DNA from: Sphagnum compactum
Taxonomy: Eukaryota
Direction of reading: 5' to 3'
Assembly: GCA_965153455.1 (NCBI GenBank)
Contig: OZ234493.1
Span: 12,514,213-12,578,212, forward strand
Length of the DNA stretch: 64,000 bases
The position numbers and the translations under genes were made by a program. The notes below the pieces were generated by a model. That model saw only the letters and a list, made by a program, of their open reading frames with translations. It did not search any database and had not been told where the DNA came from. Of this stretch, positions 12,105 through 22,554 are shown in pieces. The number at the start of each line of letters is the position of its first letter. Position 1 is the stretch's first letter.

Positions 12105-13690
12105 GTGAAGAAGGCGACAGCTGCCGTCGCCTTCTTTTTTCGTTTTGTTGCAATGCAGAAAGCGATGGCAGCAATGCTTGTTTTGTTTTCTTGTGACGCA
12201 ACAAAGAAGGCGACGGCAGTCTGTCGTCCCCTTCTTCTTTTTTCTTCTTTTCTTCTAGCTTAGCGAAGAAGGCGACGGCAGCATTGATGCCGTCGCCTTC
12301 TTGTTATTTTGTTATAACACAGTGGAGAAGGCAATGGTAGCTTTGCTGCCATCGCCTTCTCTTTTTTTTTTGCAGTGCAACAAAGAAGGCGAATGTAGCA
12401 ACGCTGTCGCTTTCTTTTTTTTGTTGCAGTGCAGCAAAGAAGGCGAATGTAGCAACGCTGCCGTCGCCTTCTTGTTTTCGTTTTGTTGCAATGCAACAAA
12501 GAAGGCGACGATATCATTTTGTTGCAACGCCACAAAGAAGGCGATGGCATCGTTTTGTTGCAGCGCAACATAGAAGGCGCCGTCGCCTTCTTGTTTTTGT
12601 TTTGTTTAACTGCAACAAAGAAGGTGACGGTAGTCTGTCGTCTCCTTCTTTTTTTTTTTCTTTTCTTCTAGCTTAGCGAAGAAGGCAACGACAGCGTTGC
12701 TGCCGTCGCCTTTTTTTTCTTTTACTATGCAATAAAGAAGGCAATGGCAGCAACCCTGCCGTCACCTTCTTGTTTTTGTTTTGTTGCAGCACAACAAAGA
12801 AGGTGACGGCAACGTTCCTGCCGTCACCTTCTTGTTTTTGTTTTGGTGCAGCACAACAAAGAAGGCGACGGCAGCATTGCTATCGTCGCCCTCTTTTTTT
12901 TTCTTCTTTTGTTCCAGCGTAGCGAAGAAGGCGACGGTAGCGTTGCTGCGACGCTGCTATCGCCTTCTTTTTCGTTTTGCTGCAACGCGTTGCTGCCATC
13001 GTCTTTTTTTTTTTTTTTCTTCCAACGTAGCGAAGAAGGTGACGACATCGTTGCTGCCATCGCCTTTTTTTTTTTTTCCTTTTCTTCCAACGTAGCGAAG
13101 AAGGCGATGGCAATGTTGCTGCCGTCGCCTTCTTTTTTCGTTTTGCTGCAACGCAAAAGGTGATGGCAGCGTTGCTGCCATCGCCTTCTTTTTTCTTCCA
13201 ACGTAACAAAGAAGGCGACGGCAGCATTGCTATCGTCACCTTCTTCTTTTTAATTTGTTGGAGCGCATTGAAGAGGGCGACGACAGCAACTACTGTTGCC
13301 TTCTTTTTTCTTTGTGTTGTAGCAAAGCAAAGAAGGTGACAGCAGCCCAGCGTAGAAGGCTGTCGTCGCCTTCTTGTTTTTGTTTTGTTGTAGCGCAGTG
13401 AAGAATGAGACGGCAGCGTTGCTGCCGTCGCCTTCTTTTTTACCTTTTGTTGCAGAGCAGCCTAGAAGGCGACTGCTGCTTTGTTGCCTTTTTTTTTTAA
13501 AGGTGCACTGTGTAACACTTTTTGCACACCTTCAACCTATTCTTATGTGGTTTCATTGTATTGAAGAAGAAGACGACAGCTTCCGTCACCTTCTTCGATG
13601 GCTTTGCTATAAGGAAATGGCGACCTCCGCCTTTTCTTGGTGGTTTTGTTGCGAAGAAGGTGACGGCAACAATGTCGTCACCTTCTTCTA
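12105..13690. repeat. Array of ~25-28 imperfect palindromic units, consensus AAGAAGGCGACGGCAGC(A/G)TTGCTGCCGTCGCCTTCTT, separated by T-rich linkers (~60 bp period)
   Basis: Examples: ~12265 GAAGAAGGCGACGGCAGCATTGATGCCGTCGCCTTCTT; ~13097 GAAGAAGGCGATGGCAATGTTGCTGCCGTCGCCTTCTT; some half units. Confidence 0.92.
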
Positions 13691-13796
13691 TGGTGACGGT
13701 TTCATTTTAGTTTTTTTGTTGGTGCTTATGGTTTAGTTTATTAAAATTGACAATTAACAATGAAATGGTGGTTTTTTGTTTAGGGTTGAAGGTGTA

Positions 13797-15282
13797 ATGG
13801 CTAGGGGAAGGAGATTGAAGAAAAGTGGTGGTGGTGAGTTGAAAATGCATAAGCAAAATGTTGCTGCGTCAGATGAAAGAATTGTTGAGCCAAATGTTGC
13901 TGCAACAGAGGAGGCAATTGCCGAACCAAATGTTGTTGCATCAGATGCGACAATTGCCGAGCAAAATGTTGTTGCATCAGATGTGGTAATTGCTCAGCAA
14001 AATGTTGCTACATCAGATGAGGCAATTGGTAACGAAAATGTTATTGCATCAAATGAACCAATCGGTGAACAAAATGGTGCTCAATCATAATTGAGACATA
14101 AGGATGACAGTTTGTAATATAGATTGTTCTAGAATTTATGGACATTAGATTTAATACATATTAAAGAAATTGTACAAGTTTTATGAAGTTTAATTATATC
14201 CGCACCTTCCATCATCTGTTGGAAGGTGCGGGATTTTTTTTGTCAATTTTTTTTATTGCAATACTTGAAAACAGTTAATGTTTACAGGAGTAATATGTGA
14301 TTGTGTGATTTTATGTTTTGTAATACCTACATTCTATTTTTTGAACTCTCATTTTTTGGTTAGGTCTGAAACTTGAAACTGACCAGGCTTTTTAGCCACC
14401 GGCACCCCCTTGTCCACCTAATTTGGCTCGGAAGGACAAAGAATGGACGAGAGTTGGGTCGAAATGGAAGTGCAAAGTTGGCACTTGCATTGTCGCATAT
14501 TGTGCCAAATGGTTGTTAACCAAGCATTTAAAGGAGGTGCATGACTTGGTGGCAGAAAATGCCCAACCTGGGAGGCCTTCAACTTCTGCAGGAGGTCCTC
14601 GACATCAAGACCATGCCAAAATGAATGCTCGCATCTTGGGAAATGCCATGGCTATGCAAAGGCAGAATGATCAAAAGGTTACTAGTCGCACTCGTGCCAA
14701 AGCACAACGCGAGTGGAATAACCTAGTAGTTGTTGCAAAACAGTGTCCACCATTCCCAAAACCTGCTTTGGTCAAATTAGCTTCAGAGCAATTATTGAAG
14801 GTGTTGGGCCTCAATGCCTAGGGCGTGGAGTGTGCCTCGAGATGCAACATCACGAATGGAGAAGGATGAAAATTTACAAGGGATGATTCGATCCACCCGT
14901 TGTGTATATGCACGACAATTGAAGATGGCATGGGATGTGAAAAATTGGGATCGAGAGTCCAGTAAAACAAGTCGGACAAAACAGTTGGCAGATGTTTTGG
15001 ATTTTCATGAATCTAGAATGATTCATGGAAGGTAAGAAACAATAATAATCAATGTTGATTGTTTTTTATTGTATTTCATCCAAGGTGTGTTAAGGTTTAA
15101 TTTGGTGGTTTTTAGGTGTTTATAGGGTTCAGGACAAAACAAAGGAAAAGTTTGTTGCAAATGCAGTTCAGGTTGAGATGCAACGCCACCATTTTTACAC
15201 TTATCGTCATGCAGCAAAGGCTGTAAATGCAACAACTGCATACCGAGTTAAACACGGGATTGTAAATACTGATATGGGTTAG
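13797..15282 (+). pseudogene. Degenerate multi-exon gene inside the element: 12-aa repeat segment (QNVVASDEAIAE-like x6), C2H2 zinc finger, helical C-terminal region
   Basis: ORF 13797-14090 with 36-bp repeats. Segment ~14364-15030 has WKCKVGTCIVAYCAKWLLTKHLKEVH (C-x4-C-x12-H-x4-H), an in-frame TAG at 14393 and a frame break near 14818. A GT-AG intron ~15032-15125 leads to an open last exon VQDKTKEKFVANAV...DMG*. Confidence 0.6.
14200..14240 (+). other. Perfect 12-bp stem hairpin followed by a T run
   Basis: CCGCACCTTCCA-TCATCTGT-TGGAAGGTGCGG then GATTTTTTTT, GC-rich within very AT-rich context. Confidence 0.8.
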
Positions 15283-15744
15283 GGTTTCACTTTATATAAT
15301 TAGTTAGGATTTTTAGCCCATTATTTTTTGGACTACTCAATTTTTGAACTTCGATCCTTTGATATGTTATAGAGAACCAACGGTTTTTTTTCATTGGGTT
15401 CTTTAGTAATTTTTTATGCACCCATTTTTGTGCATCTTTTATCAATATAATAATATCTTCTATTCACACTTGTTTGATGGGTATATGGTTAATCATATAT
15501 GTCTTCTTTATAATAATTTTCTTAGTACTTGAAATGTAAAAATCAAACCTTAAATAGGCCCATATGAATAGGTAACATTAATTTGTTTAGGGTCTACAAA
15601 GATCAAAATGAACATTGTGTAATATTTTCATCTAATATAATAGGACTCACATCACCTGAAGACTTTTAAAACAATACACACATTTTAAACATATAATACT
15701 TACATCATTTTCTATTATAAATTCCATAAGGCCATTTGCAAATA

Positions 15745-16156
15745 TGCAATACCCGCATATAAGTCCTAAAATAGCCGCAAGCATTTTGCATTCATTACAA
15801 TACCCGCATATAAATCCCATAATAGCCGCTGGCATTTTGCATTCATTGCAATACCTGTATATAAGTCCCATAATAGTCGTTGGCATTTTGCATTCCTTGC
15901 AATACTCGCATATGGGCCACAAATAGTCGTTGGCATTCTACATTCGTTGCAATACCCACATATGGGTCCCATAATAGTCGCTGGCATTTTTCATTCGTGG
16001 TAATACCCGCATATGGGCCCGATAGTAGACCCTGTCATTTTACAGTTGTTGCAATACCCGCATATAGGTTCCATATTAACTGCTGGTTTTTTACATCGCT
16101 TGCAATACCCGCATATAGGTCCCATAATAGTTGCTGGTTTTTTACATTCATTGCAA
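15745..16156. repeat. 51-bp minisatellite, ~8 copies
   Basis: Unit ~TGCAATACCCGCATATRRGTCCCATAATAGYCGCTGGCATTTTRCATTCRT; yields spurious 17-aa periodic ORFs on both strands. Confidence 0.92.
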
Positions 16157-16254
16157 AACTTACATTTTGTCATAAAATTAATTCAGAATAACAATTAATT
16201 TAGGTATATAAAAAGACATATTTTGGGTACCTAGACCACTTATTAATTATTTTG

Positions 16255-16560
16255 AAATGACGTTACATGCGGGTATTGCATTTAGGGTTTAAGGTCTTCA
16301 CATAAGGTTTACCTCAACCACCTATGGATTATTTCAGTATGAACTTGCATGTAGGTATTGCATCTAGGCTTTGGTCTTCATTCAAAGGTGCACCCAAACT
16401 ACATATTGGGTATTTCAAAGTGACTTTACATGTGGGTATTACATTTAAGGTTGCCCTTTCATTATAAGTTTTACCTTATTCACGTATGGGTTATTTTGAA
16501 ATGAACTTGAATATGGCTATTGCATTTAGGGTTAAGGTTTCATATAATTTTGCAATATCC
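16255..16560. repeat. Degenerate ~80-bp minisatellite, ~4 copies (related to the 17948-18460 array)
   Basis: Repeated ...CATGYRGGTATTGCATTTAGGG...GGTCTTCA... units. Confidence 0.7.
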
Positions 16561-16768
16561 ACACACGTACTTACTTTCACCATTTATAAATTTAGCCTTA
16601 ATTTTTTTAATAATTAAGTATAATTTGTAACAAAACACAAAAGAAGGTATGTCTCTTACCATTTTTTAATCTCCAAGCTGATCTCTTTCAATTTCTTTAA
16701 AAATGTGTATTGCATTGCTTTGCATATAAAATTCCCCCTATAATGCATCGTAGATTTATTTTATTATA

Positions 16769-16772
<4 letters not shown>

Positions 16773-16811
<39 letters not shown>
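16773..16811. repeat. (TA)n microsatellite
   Basis: About 19 TA units. Confidence 0.95.
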
Positions 16812-16813
<2 letters not shown>

Positions 16814-17947
16814 CTATAAATAAATATGAAAATATTATATGTATTGAAATGGATCAACAATATAATTCCATAATATCATTATTTATATATTATTTGTTAT
16901 AAATAACAATATATTTGGACCAATATTTAAACCAATATTATACACCATAAAAAATAAAGTTTACATAAGGACTTGTGTTATATATGTATAAAATATAAAA
17001 TATTTTTGACTCATTACATGATTATTTTAACCAATAACTTAATTACTATATATCAGAAAAATATAAAATAAATTTCAATCAAACATAGGAATATGTGGGA
17101 GAGATCATTTTTATTATTATGTGAAACAGAAAACAAAAGTAGAAAATTGTGTGCTTTGAGTTTTTTTTAAACATAGTCTAAAATCTTATTAAATTAGAGA
17201 CTTTATATTTATGTTTTTTGAAATGAGTATACAACTTTAAAAGGGGGAAAAAATAATATGAACATCTTTGAAGAAATTTTAAGCTTGAACTTTTTTCTTT
17301 TTGATCTCAACAAACTTTGTATTACATTCAGGTTGGGTTTTCACATAAGGTTTGCTTCTTACCTTTGTGTGATAACTCCAACCTAATTTTCCCAATATCT
17401 TTGAAGAAGATATAGAATGAGATTGTATTGTTTCACATATGTCTAAACCCTAAAAATTCCCCCCCAATTTAATATAAAATATTTCTGATAATTAATGAAT
17501 TATCAAAAAAAATTGTCATGTAATTAAAATTAATAGACCATTATTTCAGATAATTTAAATGATTAATTATGAAGAATTAGATAATCATTTATTTATTTAA
17601 AGTAATTAACTAATCATTTGGTTTAACTTTATTTACTTGGATAATAAAAAGTTGGATCTAAAATCAGATTGAATAATTTGATATTTGATTGATTAACTTA
17701 AGTATATTTTTATTTTAATAAGTTATTGAAATCACTATTTAAGATAATTATTCCATGTTATAGATTGCAAGTTCAGCTTTTTCATGAAAAATTCCTACAC
17801 CAAGATAAACTTGATCACAATTGTCATTGTATTATTTGTTCCACAAATAATACAACAAAGTAAGAATCATGGAACTCTTAATCAACAACCCCAACCTCTA
17901 TACACACCTTTGTTAGCATATGATTTTGAAATTAACTAATTATTTTA

Positions 17948-18460
17948 GAGTGACCCAAAATGTAGGTATTGCATTTAGGATAGGACTTCATATAAAGAGG
18001 CTTAAACCCCACATGCGTACTTTCGGAGTGACCCAAAATGCAGGTATTACATTTAGGGTAGGATCTTCATATAAAGAAAGGTTTAAACCCTACATGCGTA
18101 CTTTCGAAATGACCCAAAATGCAAGTATTGCACTTAGGGTAGGATCTTCATATAAAGAGGATTAAACCCCACATGCGTACTTTCGGAGTGACCCAAAATG
18201 CAGGTATTGCATTTAGGGTAGGATCTTCATATAAAGAAAGGTTTAAACCCTACATGCGTACTTTCGGAATGACCCAAAATGCAGGTATTGCACTTAGGGT
18301 AGGATCTTCATATAAAGAGGCTTAAACCCCACATGCGTACTTTCGGAGTGACCCAAAATGCAGGTATTGCATTTAGGGTAGGATCTTCATATAAAGAGGC
18401 TTAAACCCCACATGCGTATTTTCGGAGTGACCCAAATTGCAGGTATTGCATTTAGGGTTG
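17948..18460. repeat. 79/81-bp minisatellite, ~6.5 well-conserved copies
   Basis: Unit GAGTGACCCAAAATGCAGGTATTGCATTTAGGGTAGGATCTTCATATAAAGAGGCTTAAACCCCACATGCGTACTTTCG with an 81-bp variant (GAAAGGTTTAAACCCTAC). Confidence 0.95.
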
Positions 18461-19466
18461 GGTTATTTCAAAGTGACTTTGCATGTGCATATTGTGTTTA
18501 GGGTTAGGTCTTCACTTAAAGGTATCCAAACCATTTAGTTGGGTTTTTTTGAAATGTGGGTATTGCATTTAGGCTTGTTTTTTCATTTCAACTTGTAATA
18601 CCTAGACTTATACTTACGTCGACCAATTGGAATTTTGGGGTTTCATTGCAATACTTACACCCGTATTTACTTTTAGCAACTGGAATTTTGGGGCATAATT
18701 GCAATACTTGCACTTGTACTTACTTTTACCAACTTGGATTTTGGGGCCTAGTTATAATACCTGCATTTAACACTAATATTATCATTATCCTTGTGTTTTT
18801 GCATTTCACACTTTTTGTGCTTATTACTTGGAAACAATAATAACCTTTGTGCCATAGTAGACTTCATGTGTGTGTTGAATCCATGATGTTCAAAGAATTT
18901 GGGCTATGGTTTCCTCCATACAAAATTGATTCTAAAACAAAATTCTTAATGCCAATGGCAACAATCTTGATTAGTAATCGAGACATTTATTAGGGTAAAA
19001 TATTAGTTCTGAAATATATGAACCAAATTCCTATACACTAAAGCATAAAGCATAACCCTACAAATCCAAATGATATTTTGCCATAAGCCTTATTACAACC
19101 CTAACTATACAAACCATAACAAAAAACAAATAGTGATATATGCCCTAAACCCAAAAAACTATACAAACTATACAAATTATATAATGCAAAATAAACAAAT
19201 TTAAAAGAACATAGGAAAAAAATTAGAAACCAAAATTCAAAGGTTTTAAACTATAAATATTTATTAACTGAAAGAAAATACGTTAATCTTTAAAAATAAT
19301 CAAATAAATTTTGTACAAAACCAAAAGAAAAGATATGTCTTTTACTTTTGTGTGATCTTTCCAACCTAATTTTTCCACTTTTTTTGAAAAAGATATAAAA
19401 TGCAATTGTAATACTTCACATATGTGTAAACCCTAAAATTTCCCCCCCAAATTAAGCCTATTTTAT

Positions 19467-20117
19467 CAGCGAGGAATTAATGCACGAAGATGCCATTCCT
19501 TGTGGGCGCATGACGCGTATCTTTTCCACTGTTGCTGGTGTAGGTGGAGTGTTCCTCTCGTGACCCTTGTGCTCGATCCACTACCGTTGGTTTCGAACTT
19601 TGCATTGTGATTGCATTTTGCAGAATTGCTTCCAGCGGTATTGAAGTTAGCTATACCAACCTTGCTTGCGCTGGTGATTACAATTCCAGCAGACTTGAGT
19701 ACTGTGAATTGTCTATGATTCCAAAGAATGTTTTGGAAACCTTCTTCAGCTTCTGTTGCAGTTTGACTCTAGTCCTTAGAGAATGTGGATTATAGTACAA
19801 TTGTTGTATGTGAATTCTTGTGGATTTCTTCATGCACTGGTTGTTCAGAGTTTCTGATTTGGCTGTGCATGTGTTCAGGGCCTCGAATCACATGGCCAAG
19901 AGTCTTTAGGTGGCAGATATGCGGGGCTGTAGGTGCAGCTGCTGCCATGGCCACATTCGCTCGGCTATGGGAACCTACATGTGAGCCTCAAAACATAGCT
20001 GCATATGATTCTTAGCCTATCTAAGCCCCCACTTTCTGCCCCATTGATTATCCATTATCTCAGTAGCCCCTTGATGATGTATCCAGTGCCCGAACACTCT
20101 CCATCTCCTAACCTGGA
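19467..20117 (+). pseudogene. 5'-truncated inverted duplicate of the 94-aa gene at 21940-22517
   Basis: 651 bp, reverse complement of 21838-22488 with ~14 substitutions counted by eye. Lacks the ATG and first ~10 codons; TGG>TGA stop at 19561-19563; intron retained. Confidence 0.93.
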
Positions 20118-20334
20118 TTTTAAAAAAAACTCCCTATAGCCAACCGGTTAACCAATGATTATCAATCGGGTGATTGAAACCCTACTCTTATGCATAATTG
20201 ATGGTTATTATCAAACCAATTTTGATACCCTAATAAAAGCATTCAATATTTTCTTGATATTGATAACCTGATTGACTCAACCACACACTATTTTGCTTGA
20301 GCTGGTAGGTGAACTTTCCCAAGAAGGGAAAGTG

Positions 20335-20480
20335 CTATGATAGGGCCACAGTGAACCAACACCCACCAGCTCGCACCATACTCAGTTGTGGATGAACCTC
20401 AACTGAGTTGAACATTTGGTTTCATCTTGGTAACAAATTCTGTAAGAAATAGGTCCCATAAATAGGCAGACAGGTAGTTG
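20335..20480 (+). repeat. Dispersed repeat family B
   Basis: GGGCCACAGTGAACCAACACCCACCA...AGTTGTGGATGAAC...AACATTTGGTTTCA.CTTGGTAAC; similar sequence at ~48130-48280, shorter matches at ~11275-11330 and ~11733-11800. Confidence 0.65.
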
Positions 20481-21939
20481 TCAGATTGGCTATGTATCAA
20501 CTTTCACCCCTTATGGACCTCTCAATAGCTCGGCCCCAGGGGTTATTAACAAAATCAAAATACCCACACAACACTGATGAATGCAATCATGGGTAGTCGC
20601 TACCTCTTAGGATTGTTGCATAATTTAGATTGTAAGTTCAATCATGTTGTAATTGATCCAGCTCTCGCTCCATGATCTTGCAACAACAGGCCACTTGAAG
20701 GAGAGGCACCCAAGCACTTGGGTTATCATCAAAGGACTTGTTTTGGCACTGGTACGAATGTTAATATAACTTCGATCAGTATGCTCCATGTTGGGTGGGT
20801 ACCAGGCAGGAGGAGCCCTGCTATATATATAGACTGATACTGGTCCTCATATCAAAGAACTCACCAGACTGGTATGACTTGATCCAATACTGACCACATA
20901 CCAATACCTGCCTGGTAGGGAAATGAGGTCATACCAGCCTCTTAGCATGTTCAGAGAGTGCCATTCCTGTGTTTTTGATTCCGGAATCCTGAAGTGGTTT
21001 GAAATTATTCTGGCATCTGAGCTAGAATCGTATGGCTGCTGGAGGTACAAAGCTGGAAGCATGTCAGGCAAAGATCTGAGCTTGAACATTGTATGCAGTT
21101 CAAGTCAGATCTTTGCTTGAATTTACAGAATCAGGTGTCCATGGTATTGTGATCAGTATTGCAAATTCTGGCAGCTCCAGGAACTTGATCAAGAATACCA
21201 ATACATCTACAATACATAATGCTTCTAGCTGTGTAACCCAGAATCACATGCTCTAAAGGCCAGGAATACAACTATACCATACTATGTCTCTATGTGATTG
21301 TCCAGAGAAATTTCCACCACAACACTTTGAGGATACAATGAGAAATGAGTACAGTCATCACCTTGTGAAAGTTGCTCACAAATTGTCAGACCATCACCTT
21401 CATCACAAATAGCAGTGAAAAGATACCATGACTACCCTGTGACTTCATCAACTCCCAACAGTCACGAATGTTGATGTCAGTACATGACAACCAGCCTAAA
21501 ATTCAGGTAAATACATCCTGCACAATCTGCATCCTGACTTTCTGTCACATTTCCAGAACCAACAGGAGACTCAGTCATGACTCATGATGTTGGCTAGCAA
21601 TCAAGACACATAACTAATAAAAAATAGGTCAATAGTATCCTGATGCAAGCTGCAACAAGTTTGTGAGTTTAAGCTTCATTTCATTTTAATTTTTCAATGC
21701 CAGGAGCATAGCCATAGTTGTAGTTCCAATGTCATTCTATCAGCAATACTTTCTTAGCCAGTGTGGTGTTTGCTATGAAAATTTCTTAATTGTTACACTT
21801 ATACCAAAGACCACTGCTGGCTTTAAACCCTAACAAGTCCAGGTTAGGAGATGGAGAGTGTTCGAGCACTGGATACATCATCAAGGGGCTACTGAGATAA
21901 TGGATAATCAATGGGGCAGAAAGTGGGGGCTTAGATAGG

Positions 21940-22517
21940 CTAAGAATCATATGCAGCTATGTTTTGAGGCTCACATGTAGGTTCCCATAGCCGAGCGAAT
22001 GTGGCCATGGCAGCAGCTGCACCTACAGCCCCGCATATCTGCCACCTGAAGACTCTTGGCCATGTGATTCGAGGCCCTGAACACATGCACAGCCAAATCA
22101 GAAACTCTGAACAACCAGTGCATGAAGAAATCCACAAGAATTCACATACAACAATTGTACTATAATCCACATTCTCTAAGGACTAGAGTCAAACTGCAAC
22201 AGAAGCTGATGAAGGTTTCCAAAACATTATTTGAAATCATAGACAATTCACAGTACTCAAGTCTGCTGGAATTGTAATCATCAGCGCAAGCAAGGCTGGT
22301 ATAGCTAACTTCAATACCGCCGGAAGCAATTCTGCAAAATGCAATCACAATGCAAAGTTCGAAACCAACCGTAGTGGATCGAGCACAAGGGCCACGAGAG
22401 GAACACTCCACCTACACCAGCAACAGTGGAAGAGATACGCGTCATGCGCCCACAAGGAATGGCATCTTCGCGCATCAATTCCCCGCTGGATGCTCCTAGT
22501 GCCTGTCGCAGGGCCAT
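21940..22517 (-). CDS. Small conserved plant protein of unknown function, 94 aa, two exons (resembles Arabidopsis At1g05205 from memory)
   Basis: Exon 1 22517-22370, GT-AG phase-1 intron, exon 2 22076-21940: MALRQALGASSGELMREDAIPCGRMTRISSTVAGVGGVFLSWPLCSIHYGPRITWPRVFRWQICGAVGAAAAMATFARLWEPTCEPQNIAAYDS*. HYGPRIT.PR..RW..CGAV and CEPQNIAAYD are motifs I recall from that family. Confidence 0.88.
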
Positions 22518-22554
22518 CGCCAACTAGCTCTTGCACTCCACACAAGGAAATACG

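Larger units (their letters stand above)
11730..19455. mobile_element. Unclassified composite repeat element (palindrome array + degenerate ZnF gene + minisatellites)
   Basis: Block of internally repetitive, non-host-like sequence between genes. Part of it recurs at 33878-33958. No transposase recognised. Boundaries approximate. Confidence 0.55.

Noticed and set aside
12105-13690. True CRISPR array
   Set aside because: Repeats are degenerate, linkers are low-complexity and related rather than unique spacers, there are no cas genes, and the context is eukaryotic.
11884-13736. Many overlapping ORFs rich in K/R/F (e.g. 12824-13201)
   Set aside because: They are translations of the palindromic array on both strands, with no coding signal.
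15647-16198. Cys-rich CGYCNECK ORFs resembling ferredoxin or zinc-binding repeats
   Set aside because: A by-product of a 51-bp (in-frame length) minisatellite; frames break between units and appear on both strands.
11365-19135. CACTA termini for the composite element
   Set aside because: Scattered CACTA/TAGTG pentamers do not extend into a matching terminal inverted repeat.
19544-20015. ORFs 19544-19795 and 19785-20015 and their mirrors as standalone genes
   Set aside because: They are out-of-frame or intron-spanning reads of the two-exon 94-aa gene and its pseudogene.
20118-21837. Transposase or missing ABHD18 exons in the spacer between the inverted arms (a TIR element interpretation)
   Set aside because: No such motifs are seen, and the arms are host gene sequence rather than TIRs.
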